From a bacterium (GTDB lineage Bacteria > UBA10199 > 2-02-FULL-50-16 > JAJFLM01): a stretch of 64,000 bases of DNA. Where the stretch lies: positions 1,152,001 to 1,216,000 of the forward strand of contig CBDCFN010000016.1 of assembly GCA_965216315.1 (NCBI GenBank), in the 5' to 3' direction. Of this stretch, positions 51,725 through 60,612 are shown one piece after another. Below the pieces are notes generated by a model, which saw only the letters and a list, made by a program, of their open reading frames with translations, was not told the DNA's origin and ran no database searches. Positions within the stretch are counted from its first letter, which is position 1, and the number at the start of each line of letters is the position of its first letter. A program made the translations under genes and the position numbers.

Positions 51725-52629
51725 TGAAAAAGGACCTGTTAACACTGTGGGATCTGGAGGCGGAAGAAATACTCTCCATCGTCGATGATGCGGTGACGGA
51801 GAAGGAATGTCCGACCGCCGATCAACCGCTCGCCGGCAAGACCTTGGCCCTCGTCTTTGAGAAGTCCTCTACGCGCACCAAAGTCAGTTTTACCGTCGCG
51901 GCGCAGCAACTAGGCGCCGGCGTCGTGAGTTTGGATCAACAAAGCAGCCAACTCGGTCGTGGGGAGACCCATGCCGATACGGGCCGGGTCTTGAGTCAAT
52001 ATGTCGATGGCATTGTGCTCAGGACCTTTGCGCAGCGCAATCTCGAAGAGCTTGCCGCGGCTGCGAGCGTGCCCGTGATCAATGGTCTCTCTGATGCCTA
52101 TCACCCTTGCCAAGTCCTTGCCGACCTTGCGACGGTTCAAGAAAACTTTGGTGAGTTAAAGGATATTCGCTTTGCCTGGGTTGGGGATGGCAACAATATG
52201 ACCCATAGCTGGATTGTCGCGGCGGCCAAGTTAGGGCTTGAGCTGCAGATTGCCACTCCGAAGGGCCGGGAGCCGGCCGCGGATGTCGTCAAACGAGCCG
52301 GTGAGTTGACGGACAAAATCCATATCGGTACGGACCCGGTGGCAGCGGTCAAGGGGGCTCACGTGATTAATGCGGATACCTGGGTGAGTATGGGGCAGGA
52401 AGATGAGGCCGAAGCGGTAGCGGTCTTTGAACCGTATCAGGTAAACGCGGCGCTTTTGAAGCACGCGACGGATAGTGCCATCGTATTACATTGCTTGCCG
52501 GCTCACCGGGGCGAGGAAATCACCGATGAGGTGATGGACGGGCCGCAATCACGTATCTGGCAGCAGGCCCAGTATCGCCTGCATGCCCAAAAGATTATTT
52601 TGAAACGTTTTATGGGGGATAGGACTTAA
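51724..52629 (+). CDS. argF: Ornithine carbamoyltransferase
   Basis: FEKSSTRT, HPCQ, WVSMG, HCLP. Confidence 0.97.
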   Translation: MKKDLLTLWDLEAEEILSIVDDAVTEKECPTADQPLAGKTLALVFEKSSTRTKVSFTVAAQQLGAGVVSLDQQSSQLGRGETHADTGRVLSQYVDGIVLRTFAQRNLEELAAAASVPVINGLSDAYHPCQVLADLATVQENFGELKDIRFAWVGDGNNMTHSWIVAAAKLGLELQIATPKGREPAADVVKRAGELTDKIHIGTDPVAAVKGAHVINADTWVSMGQEDEAEAVAVFEPYQVNAALLKHATDSAIVLHCLPAHRGEEITDEVMDGPQSRIWQQAQYRLHAQKIILKRFMGDRT

Positions 52630-52630
52630 T

Positions 52631-53836
52631 ATGGCTGCGAAGAAGAAAATTGTTGTCGCCTATTCGGGCGGGCTGGATACCTCGATTATAATTCGCTGGT
52701 TGATCGAAGAGTATGACTTTGATGTCATCGCGTACATTGCCGACCTCGGGCAGGAAGAACCACTCCAGCAGATCAAGCAAAAGGCCCTCAAGACCGGGGC
52801 CTCCAAGGCCATTATCTCCGATCTCCGCGAAGAATTCGTCAAAGATTACGTCTGGCCCATGCTGCGCGGCAACGCGCGCTATCAAGATACCTACTTGCTG
52901 GGCACCTCGATTGCGCGGCCGATCATCGCGAAGGAACATGTGCGGATCGCTAAGAAAGAGAAGGCGGCCTATGTGTGTCACGGTGCGACCGGTAAGGGGA
53001 ACGACCAGATTCGCTTTGAGCTGACCTATTATGCCTTGGCTCCAAAGATACAAGTTATTGCGCCGTGGAGAGAATGGTCTTTTGAAGGGCGCCAAGATCT
53101 TATCGACTATGCCAAGAAGCATGGCATTCCGGTACCGGTCTCCAAGAAGAAGCCCTATAGTATGGACCGGAATCTCCTTCACCTGAGTTTTGAGGGGGGG
53201 ATCTTAGAAGATCCTTGGGCGGCGCCGCCGGAGGATATGTTTGTTTTGACCCAGTCGCCGCAAAAAGCCCCGGCGAAACCCCAGGATCTGACCCTTGAGT
53301 TCAAGAAGGGTGATGTCGTCAAGATTAACGGCAAGGCGGGGACGCCTGCGCAGTTGTTGCAGCGCCTTAATAAGGTGGCCGGCAAGCACGGCGTGGGGCG
53401 GGTCGACATGGTCGAGGATCGCTTCACGGGCATGAAGAGCCGCGGGGTCTATGAAACCCCCGGCGGGACCGTCATTCACGTCGCCCGCGGGGCCCTGGAA
53501 TCGATCACGCTCGATCGGGAGGTCCGGCAGATTCTGCTGAGTACGATGCCTCATTATGCCGAGGCCGTGTATAACGGGTTTTGGTTCGCGCCGGAACGCG
53601 AGTTGATGCAGGAAATGATCGATAGTGCCCAATCCGCCGTTACCGGCTCGGTGCGGGTGCGGCTTTATAAAGGGAGCTGTACTGTGCTCGGGCGGAAGGC
53701 GCCGAAGTCGCTGTTTAGTAAGGAGTATGCGACTTTTGAGAGTGATAAGGTTTATAAGCAGAATGATGCTGAGGGGTTTATTAAGCTGAATGCCCTGAGG
53801 TTGAAACTGCAGGCGATGGTTAGACCGAGGCGGTAG
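52631..53836 (+). CDS. argG: Argininosuccinate synthase
   Basis: [35 protein letters not shown]. Confidence 0.98.
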   Translation: MAAKKKIVVAYSGGLDTSIIIRWLIEEYDFDVIAYIADLGQEEPLQQIKQKALKTGASKAIISDLREEFVKDYVWPMLRGNARYQDTYLLGTSIARPIIAKEHVRIAKKEKAAYVCHGATGKGNDQIRFELTYYALAPKIQVIAPWREWSFEGRQDLIDYAKKHGIPVPVSKKKPYSMDRNLLHLSFEGGILEDPWAAPPEDMFVLTQSPQKAPAKPQDLTLEFKKGDVVKINGKAGTPAQLLQRLNKVAGKHGVGRVDMVEDRFTGMKSRGVYETPGGTVIHVARGALESITLDREVRQILLSTMPHYAEAVYNGFWFAPERELMQEMIDSAQSAVTGSVRVRLYKGSCTVLGRKAPKSLFSKEYATFESDKVYKQNDAEGFIKLNALRLKLQAMVRPRR

Positions 53837-53846
53837 GGGAGAGTTT

Positions 53847-54497
53847 CTAGTTTTCTTTGCATGATTGCGGTTTAATTTTACGGGACGGAGTAAACTCTAC
53901 CGTTGTGCCCTTTTTACATTTGATACCTTGAATAATCTCATCTTCGGCAAGTAGTGCTCTTTGTATTGACTCTGTGTGGGAATAATATGTTGCGGATCCT
54001 TTCACAATTCTGATTCCCTGCGCTCTTACAACCCCATCAGGTAATGTCTCACATGATTGCTCTATAAGCTTACCGTTTTCGTCAAAATCGATATACACTG
54101 AAGCGGGACAGTTAACATCGTGAATCAACATATCACTGCGTAGAATAACGTCTTTAAGTTTTCCGTTTTCACGAAAATTGATTCTTGTAGCCTTTGGGAA
54201 GTTTAGCCCCTGCACCATCATCTGATTTGCGATCATGGCATGTTTTATATTTCCATTTTCATAGAAATATACTCTACTGCCTTTTGGAACAGTAAGTCCC
54301 TGTATTACCATGCGATCGGTGGGTTCAAGTTGATCAATATTCCCGTTTTCGTAAAAACACGCGTATTGACCCTTTGACAGTTTAAAACCCTGAACAAGTT
54401 GATCTTCACTCAAATAACTGCAATTGGGCCTGGAATCGTCAAGAAACATACTGCAACCCGCCCCTATTAATGCGATTATTAGAACCAGTATTTTCAT
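53847..54497 (-). CDS. Putative lipoprotein with ~30-aa beta repeats (FYENG.. / MORN-variant-like)
   Basis: Lipobox-like IGAGC; repeated QG...PKG....F.ENG(N/K). Confidence 0.65.
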   Translation of the reverse strand: MKILVLIIALIGAGCSMFLDDSRPNCSYLSEDQLVQGFKLSKGQYACFYENGNIDQLEPTDRMVIQGLTVPKGSRVYFYENGNIKHAMIANQMMVQGLNFPKATRINFRENGKLKDVILRSDMLIHDVNCPASVYIDFDENGKLIEQSCETLPDGVVRAQGIRIVKGSATYYSHTESIQRALLAEDEIIQGIKCKKGTTVEFTPSRKIKPQSCKEN

Positions 54498-54647
54498 ATG
54501 CTAGCCTGCAACGTTGCCCTGCAGATATATAAGTTGATGGTTCAAAAGTATCTGTTTCTGAAACACTGATTGTAGCGAGATTGGCGCCTGAAATCACTGA
54601 GAAAAGACACACAAGCAATTCACAATACGGAGAAGAGCTTGCATGAG

Positions 54648-54671
54648 GACACAAGACGGAGCTGAGCTCCC
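54648..54671 (+). repeat. Island motif, L type
   Basis: GACACAAGACGGAGCTGAGCTCCC abutting the argG 3' copy; degenerate copy CACAATACGGAGAAGAGCTT at 54621-54640. Confidence 0.85.
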
Positions 54672-55085
54672 TTTACCGGGATGAAGAGTCGCGGGGTCTA
54701 TGAAACACCCGGTGGAACGGTTATTCATAGTGCCCGTTGTGCGCTTGAATCGATCACCCTCGATCGGGAAGTCAGGCAGATCCTGCTGAGTACTATGCCT
54801 CATTATGCAGAGGCCGTGTATAATGGGTTTTGGTTTGCTCCGGAGCGGGAGTTGTTGCAGGAAATGATTGATAGTGCTCAGGAAGCCGTTACTGGCTCGG
54901 TGCGGGTGCGGCTGTATAAAGGGAGTTGTACCGTCTTAGGGCGGAAGGCGCCGAAGTCGCTGTTTAGTAAGGAGTATGCGACTTTTGAGAGTGATAAGGT
55001 TTATAAGCAGAATGATGCCGAGGGCTTTATCAAGCTCAACGCTTTGAGGCTGAAGTTGCAAGCGATGGTTCGACCGAGGCGGTAG
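54672..55085 (+). pseudogene. argG: Duplicated 3' third of argG (5'-truncated fragment)
   Basis: Colinear with 53423-53836; 4 amino-acid differences; lacks the N-terminal two thirds. Confidence 0.9.
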
Positions 55086-55122
55086 GGGGTGGGTTAGGAG
55101 CTAGACTGTGAATTAGTTCATA

Positions 55123-56316
55123 TTAGGTGTGATTCTCAAGTTGAGTAATAGTGAACCTCAGTCTAGCTAACAAATCATCATATGTAATGATATCAACGAT
55201 ATTCTTATATTTTCTCTTTATGACCTCGAAGTCTTGCTTTTGTTCTGACTTCAGATTTTCATCCCTCCCCATCACGATGATTCCACTCGGATTCGTGATC
55301 TTGATGCTGAAGCCGTCTGGTAGCCTATCTTGATATCGCTCAGATAGGGTCATTTCACCTGCTCGTCCCCATTTGTTTAGGTAGAAAATGTACTTCTCAA
55401 TCTGCATTACCGTACCGGAGAGTTCCCGTAGTGGGATGTAGTTATCTCTATATTGACTATTGGTGACAATGCATTTATCAAATGGTTGTTTGATTTCCAC
55501 TATGTCAGTATTGCCCGACGAATCCACCAAGAGAAAATCCAATTCTCTAGTTTTTTGATTGTAGGTATCCCTAATCTTCGCTGATTTGAATACCCTTATG
55601 TATTTAGGGTAAAGCAAAAGAATAATTTGCACTATCTGATCCTGCCATTGCGCCTCACTGTACGTATTCTCATTATTCAGCATGTCAGTAAGTTTTTTTT
55701 GTAGTAATGTGTATTTGATAATTTCATTGTCCTTAAATATTTCTATGAGATCTTCTCCTGTGTTCACGATTTTTTTATTCAGGTACTGGTGATATTTCTT
55801 TTCACCGTCGTATTTAGTCTCAAAGTAATCTCTGATAATAGCGCTGACTCTTGCTTCAACGTATAATCTCAATTCGTAAGTATTCGGAAAGTACTTGATG
55901 AGCAGATTAAAATCCTCTTCTGGTATGCTATCAGGGTGGTTGCCTCCAATGCGAATCAACTTTGCTCCTAAAGCGCTCACCTTGGAAAAAATTGATACAT
56001 TTTTTTCAGCAGTAAATGATCGATAGGTAAGAGGAATATCTTGGTGGATCCATAAATCGAATTCGATTGAAAGAATTCTTCTATGTATTAGGAAGTATTC
56101 ACCATGCTTTTTTCCAATATTGAACTCAACAGGTATATCTGGATTAGGCGTTACTTCTGTGCTTGATCCGTACAGATCTTCTTTTGTGACGTGAAATGTG
56201 TTCTTTAGACATACTGTCTCATCATTATTAAGTCTCCGGTATAGCCAATCGTTATCGCTATTCGTAGTGTCGTATTCTAATACCAGAGAATCATTGACTT
56301 TTTCGAACTCAAGCAC
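55123..56316 (-). CDS. Shedu-like (DUF4263) anti-phage nuclease
   Basis: SE..WQ, DFLLVD....DIVEIK.P, YRDNY.P.RELSG..MQ..KY, IITYDDLL motifs of the DUF4263 PD-(D/E)xK domain. Confidence 0.8.
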   Translation of the reverse strand: MLEFEKVNDSLVLEYDTTNSDNDWLYRRLNNDETVCLKNTFHVTKEDLYGSSTEVTPNPDIPVEFNIGKKHGEYFLIHRRILSIEFDLWIHQDIPLTYRSFTAEKNVSIFSKVSALGAKLIRIGGNHPDSIPEEDFNLLIKYFPNTYELRLYVEARVSAIIRDYFETKYDGEKKYHQYLNKKIVNTGEDLIEIFKDNEIIKYTLLQKKLTDMLNNENTYSEAQWQDQIVQIILLLYPKYIRVFKSAKIRDTYNQKTRELDFLLVDSSGNTDIVEIKQPFDKCIVTNSQYRDNYIPLRELSGTVMQIEKYIFYLNKWGRAGEMTLSERYQDRLPDGFSIKITNPSGIIVMGRDENLKSEQKQDFEVIKRKYKNIVDIITYDDLLARLRFTITQLENHT

Positions 56317-56403
56317 GGTAATTAATGAACCTCGAGGACGTAACTATTCGTTAGTATGGTTGTTTCTTTCTTATAGCGCAAGCATTTCACAGCAAAGCAG
56401 GAT

Positions 56404-56424
56404 GACACAAGGTGGAGGTGCGAA
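56404..56424 (+). repeat. Island motif, R type
   Basis: GACACAAGGTGGAGGTGCGAA; matches the reverse complement of 60538-60556. Confidence 0.75.
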
Positions 56425-56674
56425 TAGGTTACCTTGCTCTGGCCCTCTAAATAATTACTCTCCAGCCGAAGAAGTAAATTTTTTTCTAATCTCCGACTAA
56501 TTTTATTCAAATTAAAGGCATGCGCCAAGCGTTATTGAATAGCGCTTGGCGGGGGGTGGATAAATTTTCGCCATGTGAAGGCGATGTGCTCGTTTGTTAG
56601 TTCTTTTAGCGCAACATGATTTAATATATTCTGTCGAAACGACGTCCTAATCGACGAATAAACTTACAAATGAC

Positions 56675-58531
56675 ATGGCAAGAAACGTTAATGATGCATA
56701 TAAATCCCAAAACAGATGGCGTGCTGTATTAGATCATACTGAAGGAACCCTTGTTGTAAACGCTGGTCCTGGTACAGGAAAGACATTTAGCTTGTTGAGA
56801 AAAATTGAGCAGCTTCTTAATGATGGTACAGATCCGGATAAGATATATTATCTCACATTTGTGAATAGCATCGTTGATGCATTTAAAGCAGATGTTGCGA
56901 AAGCTGAGGCGAATGGTGGACTTGGGAGAGACGCTGATGAATTAGGAATAAGAATCTCAACACTGCACAGTTTAGGCTTTAAGGTTGTTAAAGCTTATGC
57001 AGCCAAGCTAGGGCTCTCAGAGCATATCGAGGTTGTTGAAGCTTCTAAAAAGCCGGTTCGAATTATTTCGAAGCTGTTTGTTTCAGATCTATATTTTTTA
57101 GCTAAAGATGACGGCGTAGTTTCAGACAAGAGAGGATTTAAAACGGCGTTGTTAAGGCTGCAGAAAGCTTGGCAAAGTGGGAATGCAGTACCAATAGAAT
57201 TGCAAGGGCTAGATGAACTTGTAGATAAGCTAAGTCGGAAGTATGAAGCGCTTTCGTGGGACCATTTGGTGCTGCTAGCAAATCAGGCTATTGAATCCTA
57301 CGGATTGCCCAAATGGCTCAAGGATGCAGAACATTTTATGATTGATGAATACCAAGACTTTAATCCGGCAGAGCAACGTTTGATTGATTTGGTTACTGAA
57401 CCTTCGGATTCTGTTGTCATCGTAGGGGATATGGACCAAAGTATTTATAGCGGTAGATCCGCTTCTCCGCAGGGACTACAAGAATTGCTAGAGCACAATC
57501 ATGTATCTACGGTCAACTTCGTGTATTGCCGCAGATGTCCGATAAAAGTAATTGAAGCGGCAAACCGTATGCTGGAACTTATGGATCCTAACAATTTCCA
57601 AGATAGAGCCTTGCAGGCGTTTAAAGGAGAAGAGGGGTTGCTACATATAAGCCATGTTAGGAGTTGCAAAGCAGAACTAGATTTGATCGCGGCTGAGATC
57701 AAGGAACATCTATCTAATGGCACGACAGATATAGCTATCTTGATGCCGGGTAGAAAAGGTATGGACTATTACAGGGATAAGCTGAAAGAGCGGGGCATTA
57801 ACTGTGTTATTCATAAGACTGGCAATGAGGAGCGGGAAATGTTGTCTGTATACCTGCGATTAGCTATTCTGAAGGAACAAGCTCTACTTGAACGAGTCTT
57901 GCTGAGTACGTTTCCAGCTCTCGAGAGGAGATTTCAAAGGGATGTGCTGCCTCGAATGATCATGCAGGATCTTTCGATTGTCGAAGCTCTGAGAGCTGCA
58001 GAGCTAGAAGTGGGGAGCGGGTGGCGTAATGATGTCCGTCAAGCTCTTCAGAAGTTCGAAGAAGAGCTGAAACTAATTAGGTCTCAAGATTCAAATAAAT
58101 TATCGGTATTCCTAAAAGAAAAGGGATGGGAGGTTCCAGAAGACCAATTGAAGGAAATATTAGATGATGAGCATGATGCATGGACCGTTGCAGAGCGAGT
58201 TGATATGATAATTAAGCAGCTCGATCATAATAAGGATGAAGAAGAAACATCCGATGCTACTGTACAATTACTCACGATGCATAGTTCCAAAGGGCTTTCC
58301 AAAAGTGTGGTAATTATGCCAGCTCTTGAAGACAAGTGGATACCAGCTAGATCAGTTGGTGAGGCTCTGAAAGAAAAGCATCGATTATTTTATGTAGCGC
58401 TGACAAGATCGGAAGAATGTATGATTATTACTTATCCCAGGACTCGAGCGAGAGGTGATCCTTTAAACCATACCCCACAGGGGGCTAATGAAGGTCCATC
58501 ACGATATTTGGAGACAATCGATAATATATAG
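56675..58531 (+). CDS. UvrD/Rep-like superfamily 1 helicase
   Basis: AGPGTGKT, STLHS, IDEYQD, VGD.DQSIY, TMHSSKGL, RLFYVALTRS. Confidence 0.9.
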   Translation: MARNVNDAYKSQNRWRAVLDHTEGTLVVNAGPGTGKTFSLLRKIEQLLNDGTDPDKIYYLTFVNSIVDAFKADVAKAEANGGLGRDADELGIRISTLHSLGFKVVKAYAAKLGLSEHIEVVEASKKPVRIISKLFVSDLYFLAKDDGVVSDKRGFKTALLRLQKAWQSGNAVPIELQGLDELVDKLSRKYEALSWDHLVLLANQAIESYGLPKWLKDAEHFMIDEYQDFNPAEQRLIDLVTEPSDSVVIVGDMDQSIYSGRSASPQGLQELLEHNHVSTVNFVYCRRCPIKVIEAANRMLELMDPNNFQDRALQAFKGEEGLLHISHVRSCKAELDLIAAEIKEHLSNGTTDIAILMPGRKGMDYYRDKLKERGINCVIHKTGNEEREMLSVYLRLAILKEQALLERVLLSTFPALERRFQRDVLPRMIMQDLSIVEALRAAELEVGSGWRNDVRQALQKFEEELKLIRSQDSNKLSVFLKEKGWEVPEDQLKEILDDEHDAWTVAERVDMIIKQLDHNKDEEETSDATVQLLTMHSSKGLSKSVVIMPALEDKWIPARSVGEALKEKHRLFYVALTRSEECMIITYPRTRARGDPLNHTPQGANEGPSRYLETIDNI

Positions 58532-58562
58532 AGGTGCTTTTAAATCTTAAGGAGGGTTATCG

Positions 58563-59381
58563 ATGAAGGTTTTCATAGGATGGTCACATGAAGTCAGCCA
58601 TAAGATGGCGTTGGCAATACACGAATGGTTTCCCAACGTAATTCAGTCTATTGAACCTTATGTATCATCTGAGGATATTTCTAAGGGCAGTCACTGGTTT
58701 TCGGATGTATGTGACAATTTAGATCAAGCTGATTTTGGAATCATATGTCTTACTCCTGATAATGTAAATGAGCCATGGATTCTATTTGAGGCAGGCGCGT
58801 TAGGTACGAAATTTGGGAGATCAAAGGTTTGCCCATTATTGTGGCGTATATCTGCTACCGACCTTAAAGGTCCATTGTCACATTTTCAATCATGTGCATT
58901 AAATGCAGATGATATGTTACGACTTGTCGGTGATATAAATAAGCAATTAAATTCGAGTATATCAGATGAAAGGCTCGTCAGTACATTCGAACTATGGTGG
59001 CCAAAATTAGAAGAGAAATTGTCTTCTATTCATGAAACAGCCCCGCTTGATTCTTCATCAGGGAAAAGTAGAGGTGACAGAGATCTATTAGAGGAAGTTC
59101 TCCAGCGAGTTCGTGCATTGAAGAATAGCATGGATAGAAGATTCAATGCCGCGAGTAACGTAAATGTTTATGAATGCCATCAAGATAATGCTAAGCCCCG
59201 TGAAGGTTCTGAAGGCATTGAACTTCTTCAGGGTCAGTTGGATAATTTTGAACGGAATTTTATTGGAAGAATTTTAAAAAGTAATAAATTCAACTTAGAT
59301 TTAGCTGCCAGAACGTTAGGAATTCATAGGAAGACGCTAGAGTATAAGATGAAGAGACTGGATATAGACATGCCAAACTAG
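58563..59381 (+). CDS. TIR-domain protein with C-terminal Fis-type HTH
   Basis: KVFIGWS...W.....L...DFGIICLT..N...PWILFEAGAL (TIR); ER..I...L.....N...AARTLGIHRKTL.YK (Fis HTH). Confidence 0.8.
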   Translation: MKVFIGWSHEVSHKMALAIHEWFPNVIQSIEPYVSSEDISKGSHWFSDVCDNLDQADFGIICLTPDNVNEPWILFEAGALGTKFGRSKVCPLLWRISATDLKGPLSHFQSCALNADDMLRLVGDINKQLNSSISDERLVSTFELWWPKLEEKLSSIHETAPLDSSSGKSRGDRDLLEEVLQRVRALKNSMDRRFNAASNVNVYECHQDNAKPREGSEGIELLQGQLDNFERNFIGRILKSNKFNLDLAARTLGIHRKTLEYKMKRLDIDMPN

Positions 59382-59398
59382 GAGAATCAAAAAAAGAA

Positions 59399-59422
59399 GG
59401 CACAAGACGGAGGTAAGCTCCC
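59399..59422 (+). repeat. Island motif, L type
   Basis: GGCACAAGACGGAGGTAAGCTCCC, 17 nt after the TIR gene stop. Confidence 0.85.
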
Positions 59423-59569
59423 TTTTAGGTGTAGTCGGGGATAAGACTCCAAAAATAAGACTCACCCAGTAGCGATAATTTGCACTTCACGCGGCTAGTG
59501 CTAGAGATTAAAATATGTGACGACTTGATGAAACATATAATCTACACATGACAATGATTTCGGTAAACT

Positions 59570-60460
59570 GTGATGAATGAACTGTGGTTGACAGCAAAAA
59601 ATATTATTTTTCAATGGGTGCTACCAATTGCTGGTTTTTTAGGTTTGATATATGGGTGGCGAAGCTACCGTATAGCTAAGCGGAGCCAAAAAAATAGGAA
59701 GTTGAAATTTGAATGTAATGAAAGAGCACTCGTTTTTTCAAGCAAACTTACTGAAAAGGATAGTGTTGATTTCAGACTCAACGGTGAAAGAGTTAGAAAT
59801 TTATATTTTCTTGAATTCACTATTACAAATATCGGCAATGAGGTCCTGTATGCTAAAGATTTTAGGGAGCCATTCCAAATTGAATTCCCGGGTGAGATAA
59901 ATATTTTCCCACTACGCATCGAACGCGATAAAAATGATATCAACATCACATACGACATTAAACCTGAAAGTACAAAGACGACGGTGACAATCAATACAGA
60001 ACTCGTGGAGCCGAAGGACAAAATCATCTTTACACTACTATATGAGGCTACGAAGTACGCTGGTTATGTGCCTGTCGTGCGGATAATAGATGGCAATTTG
60101 GAGAATGTTAGATCCGATTGGGGACGTGAGGAGTCCTCTGAAGACATCGAGGCGAGAATACGAAAGAAATATGAACGTCGTTCTAAGCTAGGTGACTTGC
60201 CGGTGATGATAATGACAGGTCTTTTTTGTGCGCTCATTGCGCTGCCAGTTTACATAATATATCCAGATTTTTTTGCGGATGATTATGAATATAGCATCAT
60301 TCGTAATATTATCATTGGTTGTGTTGCTCTGATTGTTCTAAGTGGCGTTATGAGGTATGCTTTGCGAAGTCACCAGAAATGGTTCAATGAATTTGTTAAT
60401 GAGAAGGTTGATGAAGCAAAACGCAGAAAATTTCTATTGCCACATGAAGGAGATAGGTAA
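59570..60460 (+). CDS. Hypothetical membrane protein (N-terminal TM, beta-rich domain, two C-terminal TMs)
   Basis: 296-aa ORF with hydrophobic segments; AT-rich. Confidence 0.65.
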   Translation: MMNELWLTAKNIIFQWVLPIAGFLGLIYGWRSYRIAKRSQKNRKLKFECNERALVFSSKLTEKDSVDFRLNGERVRNLYFLEFTITNIGNEVLYAKDFREPFQIEFPGEINIFPLRIERDKNDINITYDIKPESTKTTVTINTELVEPKDKIIFTLLYEATKYAGYVPVVRIIDGNLENVRSDWGREESSEDIEARIRKKYERRSKLGDLPVMIMTGLFCALIALPVYIIYPDFFADDYEYSIIRNIIIGCVALIVLSGVMRYALRSHQKWFNEFVNEKVDEAKRRKFLLPHEGDR

Positions 60461-60465
60461 GAAGA

Positions 60466-60556
60466 GACACAAGACGGAGGTGAGATCCCCTGGGGCACGA
60501 ACTGCGGGCTAGATTTCAGCTAATCTCGTGTGCCGTTTTCGTACCTCCACCTTGTG
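60466..60556. mobile_element. Mini non-autonomous element (REPIN/MITE-like doublet of the island motif)
   Basis: GACACAAGACGGAGGT ... ACCTCCACCTTGTG inverted ends ~90 bp apart; internal sequence resembles both flanks of the transposase gene. Confidence 0.7.
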
Positions 60557-60558
60557 GG

Positions 60559-60599
60559 CTGCCAATTTTCCCCTTGAGCTCCCCCGCATCCTCAACTAG
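60559..60599 (+). repeat. 41-bp duplicate of the VOC-gene upstream region
   Basis: 39/41 identical to 62079-62119. Confidence 0.9.
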
Positions 60600-60612
60600 T
60601 AAGACACAATAA

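Noticed and set aside
53423..55085. argG or transposase repeats as DGR template/variable repeats
   Set aside because: Differences are mostly synonymous third-position changes rather than adenine-specific, and no reverse transcriptase is present
54681..55085. argG fragment as an expressed standalone protein
   Set aside because: It lacks the nucleotide-binding N-terminal domain, and the motif's GGAG is about 19 nt from the ATG, too far for an RBS
56675..58531. Gabija system
   Set aside because: No adjacent OLD/TOPRIM ATPase (GajA) gene
53847..60460. Classical integron with xerC (46710-47621) as integrase
   Set aside because: The recombinase lies in the core topA-xerC-hslVU context and shows no IntI-specific insertion; no attC-like RYYYAAC...GTTRRRY sites were recognised
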